Shown here: positions 38,038-39,259 of the stretch, one piece after another
How the letters are laid out: the number at the start of each line of letters is the position of its first letter
How positions within the stretch are numbered: position 1 is the stretch's first letter
DNA from: Actinomycetota bacterium
GTDB lineage: Bacteria; Actinomycetota; Thermoleophilia; Miltoncostaeales; Miltoncostaeaceae
Direction of reading: 5' to 3'
DNA length: 39,259 bases
Assembly: GCA_005800465.1 (NCBI GenBank)
Contig: SYFI01000003.1
Span: 1-39,259, forward strand
The notes under the pieces: model-generated
Databases searched by the model: none
Seen by the model: only the letters and a program-made list of their open reading frames with translations
What the model was told of the DNA's origin: nothing
Position numbers and translations under genes: made by a program

Positions 38038-39259
38038 GCATCCGGCAGGTGGCGCGGGCGGCAGCCGTCGTCGCCCTCTTCGGAATCCTCTCCCGCACCC
38101 TCGGGTTCGTACGCGAGATCGTGTTGGCGGGTGTGTACGGCACCACGGCGCAGACCGATGCCTACGTCAATACACTGTTTCTGGTCAACACGGTGGCGGC
38201 GGTGCTGCTCTACGTGCTCACAACGCTGCTCATCCCGGTGTTCCAGCAGGAGCGCGAGCGATCCGGTACCGACAGTGCGTGGGGGCTCCTGTGGTCCATC
38301 TTCGCCTGGGTGGGCATTGTGCTCATTGCGCTCACGGCGTTCATTGCCATCTGGCCCGAGGGACCAGTGGCGCTGTTCGACATGGGGCCCGAGCGTTCCC
38401 AGATCGCCGCAGACCTCCTGCGGGTGATGGCACCCGCACTGATGCTGCAGGGGTTCAGCGCCCTGTTCACCGCAATCCTGCAGGTGCACGGGCGCTTCAC
38501 CGGGCCAGCAGCCGTGGGCGTGGCGTTCAACACAGGAATTCTGATCGGTGTCATCGCTGGCGCCGGCACCATCGGCATCACCGCGGCCGCCTGGGGCGTC
38601 ACGCTGGGCGCGTTGCTGCAGGTGCTGTTCCAGCTCCCGCAGTTCAGTCGCGAGGCCCGGAACGGGGGCGGGCACATGTCGCTCAGGCACCCCAGTCTTT
38701 CGCCCACGCTGGTGCTCGCCATCCCCGTGCTCGCGGCATCGGTGCTGCAGCAGATCAACTCATTCACCGACAAGCTCTTCGCCTCGTCGCTCGAGGCCGG
38801 CCGCAACGCCGCGCTCTCCTTTGCGAATGCGCTCGGGTCGGCACCCCGCACCGTGCTGCTATTTCCCCTGCTCATGCCGCTCTTTCCTCTTATCGCGGGG
38901 TATGTCGCCAAGGGGAAGCGGAACGAGACCGCTGCCGCCTTCCATCGCGCCGCCGGCATCCTGGCACTGGTGGCCATCCCCGTCACGGTATTCATGGCCA
39001 TCGGTGCGTCGGAGATTGCGCAGGTGGCGTTCGGCCGGGGCAAATGCGATGCCGCATGCGTGTCGGAGATTGCGTCGCCACTGGCCTTCTATGGCGTGGC
39101 GGTGTGGGGCAACTTCATCGGCTATCTGCTCAACCGCACCCTCTCGGCCAGCAACCGTGCACGCGAAGTGATGATCGCCACCATCATCAGCGTGGTGGTC
39201 ACCATCGGGCTTGATCTCGTGTTCCTGCAGCCGATGCAGCAAGCCGGTCTTGCGCTGGC
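38034..39259 (+). CDS. murJ: MurJ/MviN-family MOP flippase (N-terminal about 408 aa; continues beyond the window)
   Basis: Absent from the ORF track because it is open at the window edge. My translation from ATG 38034 (ATGA overlap with the upstream stop) reads MSIRQVARAAAVVALFGILSRTLGFVREIVLAGVYGTTAQTDAYVNTLFLVNTVAAVLLYVLTTLLIPVF... This matches the MurJ N-terminal signature (SR.LGF.R....A..YG.....DA). Confidence 0.85.
   Translation, partial: MSIRQVARAAAVVALFGILSRTLGFVREIVLAGVYGTTAQTDAYVNTLFLVNTVAAVLLYVLTTLLIPVFQQERERSGTDSAWGLLWSIFAWVGIVLIALTAFIAIWPEGPVALFDMGPERSQIAADLLRVMAPALMLQGFSALFTAILQVHGRFTGPAAVGVAFNTGILIGVIAGAGTIGITAAAWGVTLGALLQVLFQLPQFSREARNGGGHMSLRHPSLSPTLVLAIPVLAASVLQQINSFTDKLFASSLEAGRNAALSFANALGSAPRTVLLFPLLMPLFPLIAGYVAKGKRNETAAAFHRAAGILALVAIPVTVFMAIGASEIAQVAFGRGKCDAACVSEIASPLAFYGVAVWGNFIGYLLNRTLSASNRAREVMIATIISVVVTIGLDLVFLQPMQQAGLAL

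Noticed and set aside
1-39259. Mobile element, prophage, genomic-island boundaries or a defence system
   Set aside because: I recognised no integrase, transposase, recombinase, flanking tRNA, flanking direct repeats, nuclease/helicase/methylase defence-type genes or toxin-antitoxin pairs. Composition looks uniform across the window by eye.

Overview
High-GC, actinobacterial-type chromosomal segment that is extremely gene-dense. Most adjacent same-strand genes overlap by ATGA/GTGA/TTGA start-stop overlaps, and three convergent gene pairs have overlapping or abutting stop codons. I recognised no rRNA, tRNA, CRISPR array, transposase, integrase or phage gene. Content in order: (1) two tandem MFS exporters (minus strand) and a small membrane protein. 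(2) A redox operon: trxB, trxA, an FmdB-type zinc ribbon and a CsoR-family regulator that has only the two Cys ligands. A G/C-tract inverted repeat sits in the trxB promoter region. (3) A minus-strand HAD-like hydrolase coupled to two tandem paralogous polytopic membrane proteins of unknown family. (4) An anchored hypothetical protein coupled to a class A PBP (PBP1A) with a Pro-Ala repeat tail. (5) A six-gene, fully overlapping minus-strand operon: degenerate M28-like domain fused to a polytopic membrane domain, GtrB/DPM1-like GT2, GT4, UPF0104 flippase-like protein, DUF2079 GT-C-like protein and a small membrane protein. I read it as an extracytoplasmic, lipid-carrier-dependent glycosylation module. 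(6) otsA (GT20). (7) The main feature: a roughly 20 kb, 17-gene co-directional super-operon (19367 to the window end). It encodes an LLM oxidoreductase, a secreted protein, a secreted clan GH-A hydrolase, a SAM methyltransferase, an anchored FlgD-Ig protein, two Wzy_C (O-antigen ligase/polymerase-like) proteins each followed by a TuaC-like GT4, an ATP-grasp ligase, a polysaccharide-deacetylase-like::GT4 fusion, a WbuB-like GT4, a small phosphoglycosyl transferase, a second ATP-grasp ligase, a Wzz-like co-polymerase, an anchored PQQ-like beta-propeller and MurJ. The combination of a deacetylase with two ATP-grasp carboxylate-amine ligases inside a Wzy-type pathway is the best candidate for an undescribed system: a cell-wall glycopolymer carrying amide-linked amino-acid or peptide decoration. 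All family calls come from motif recognition by eye, no searches were run, and start codons are approximate where stated.
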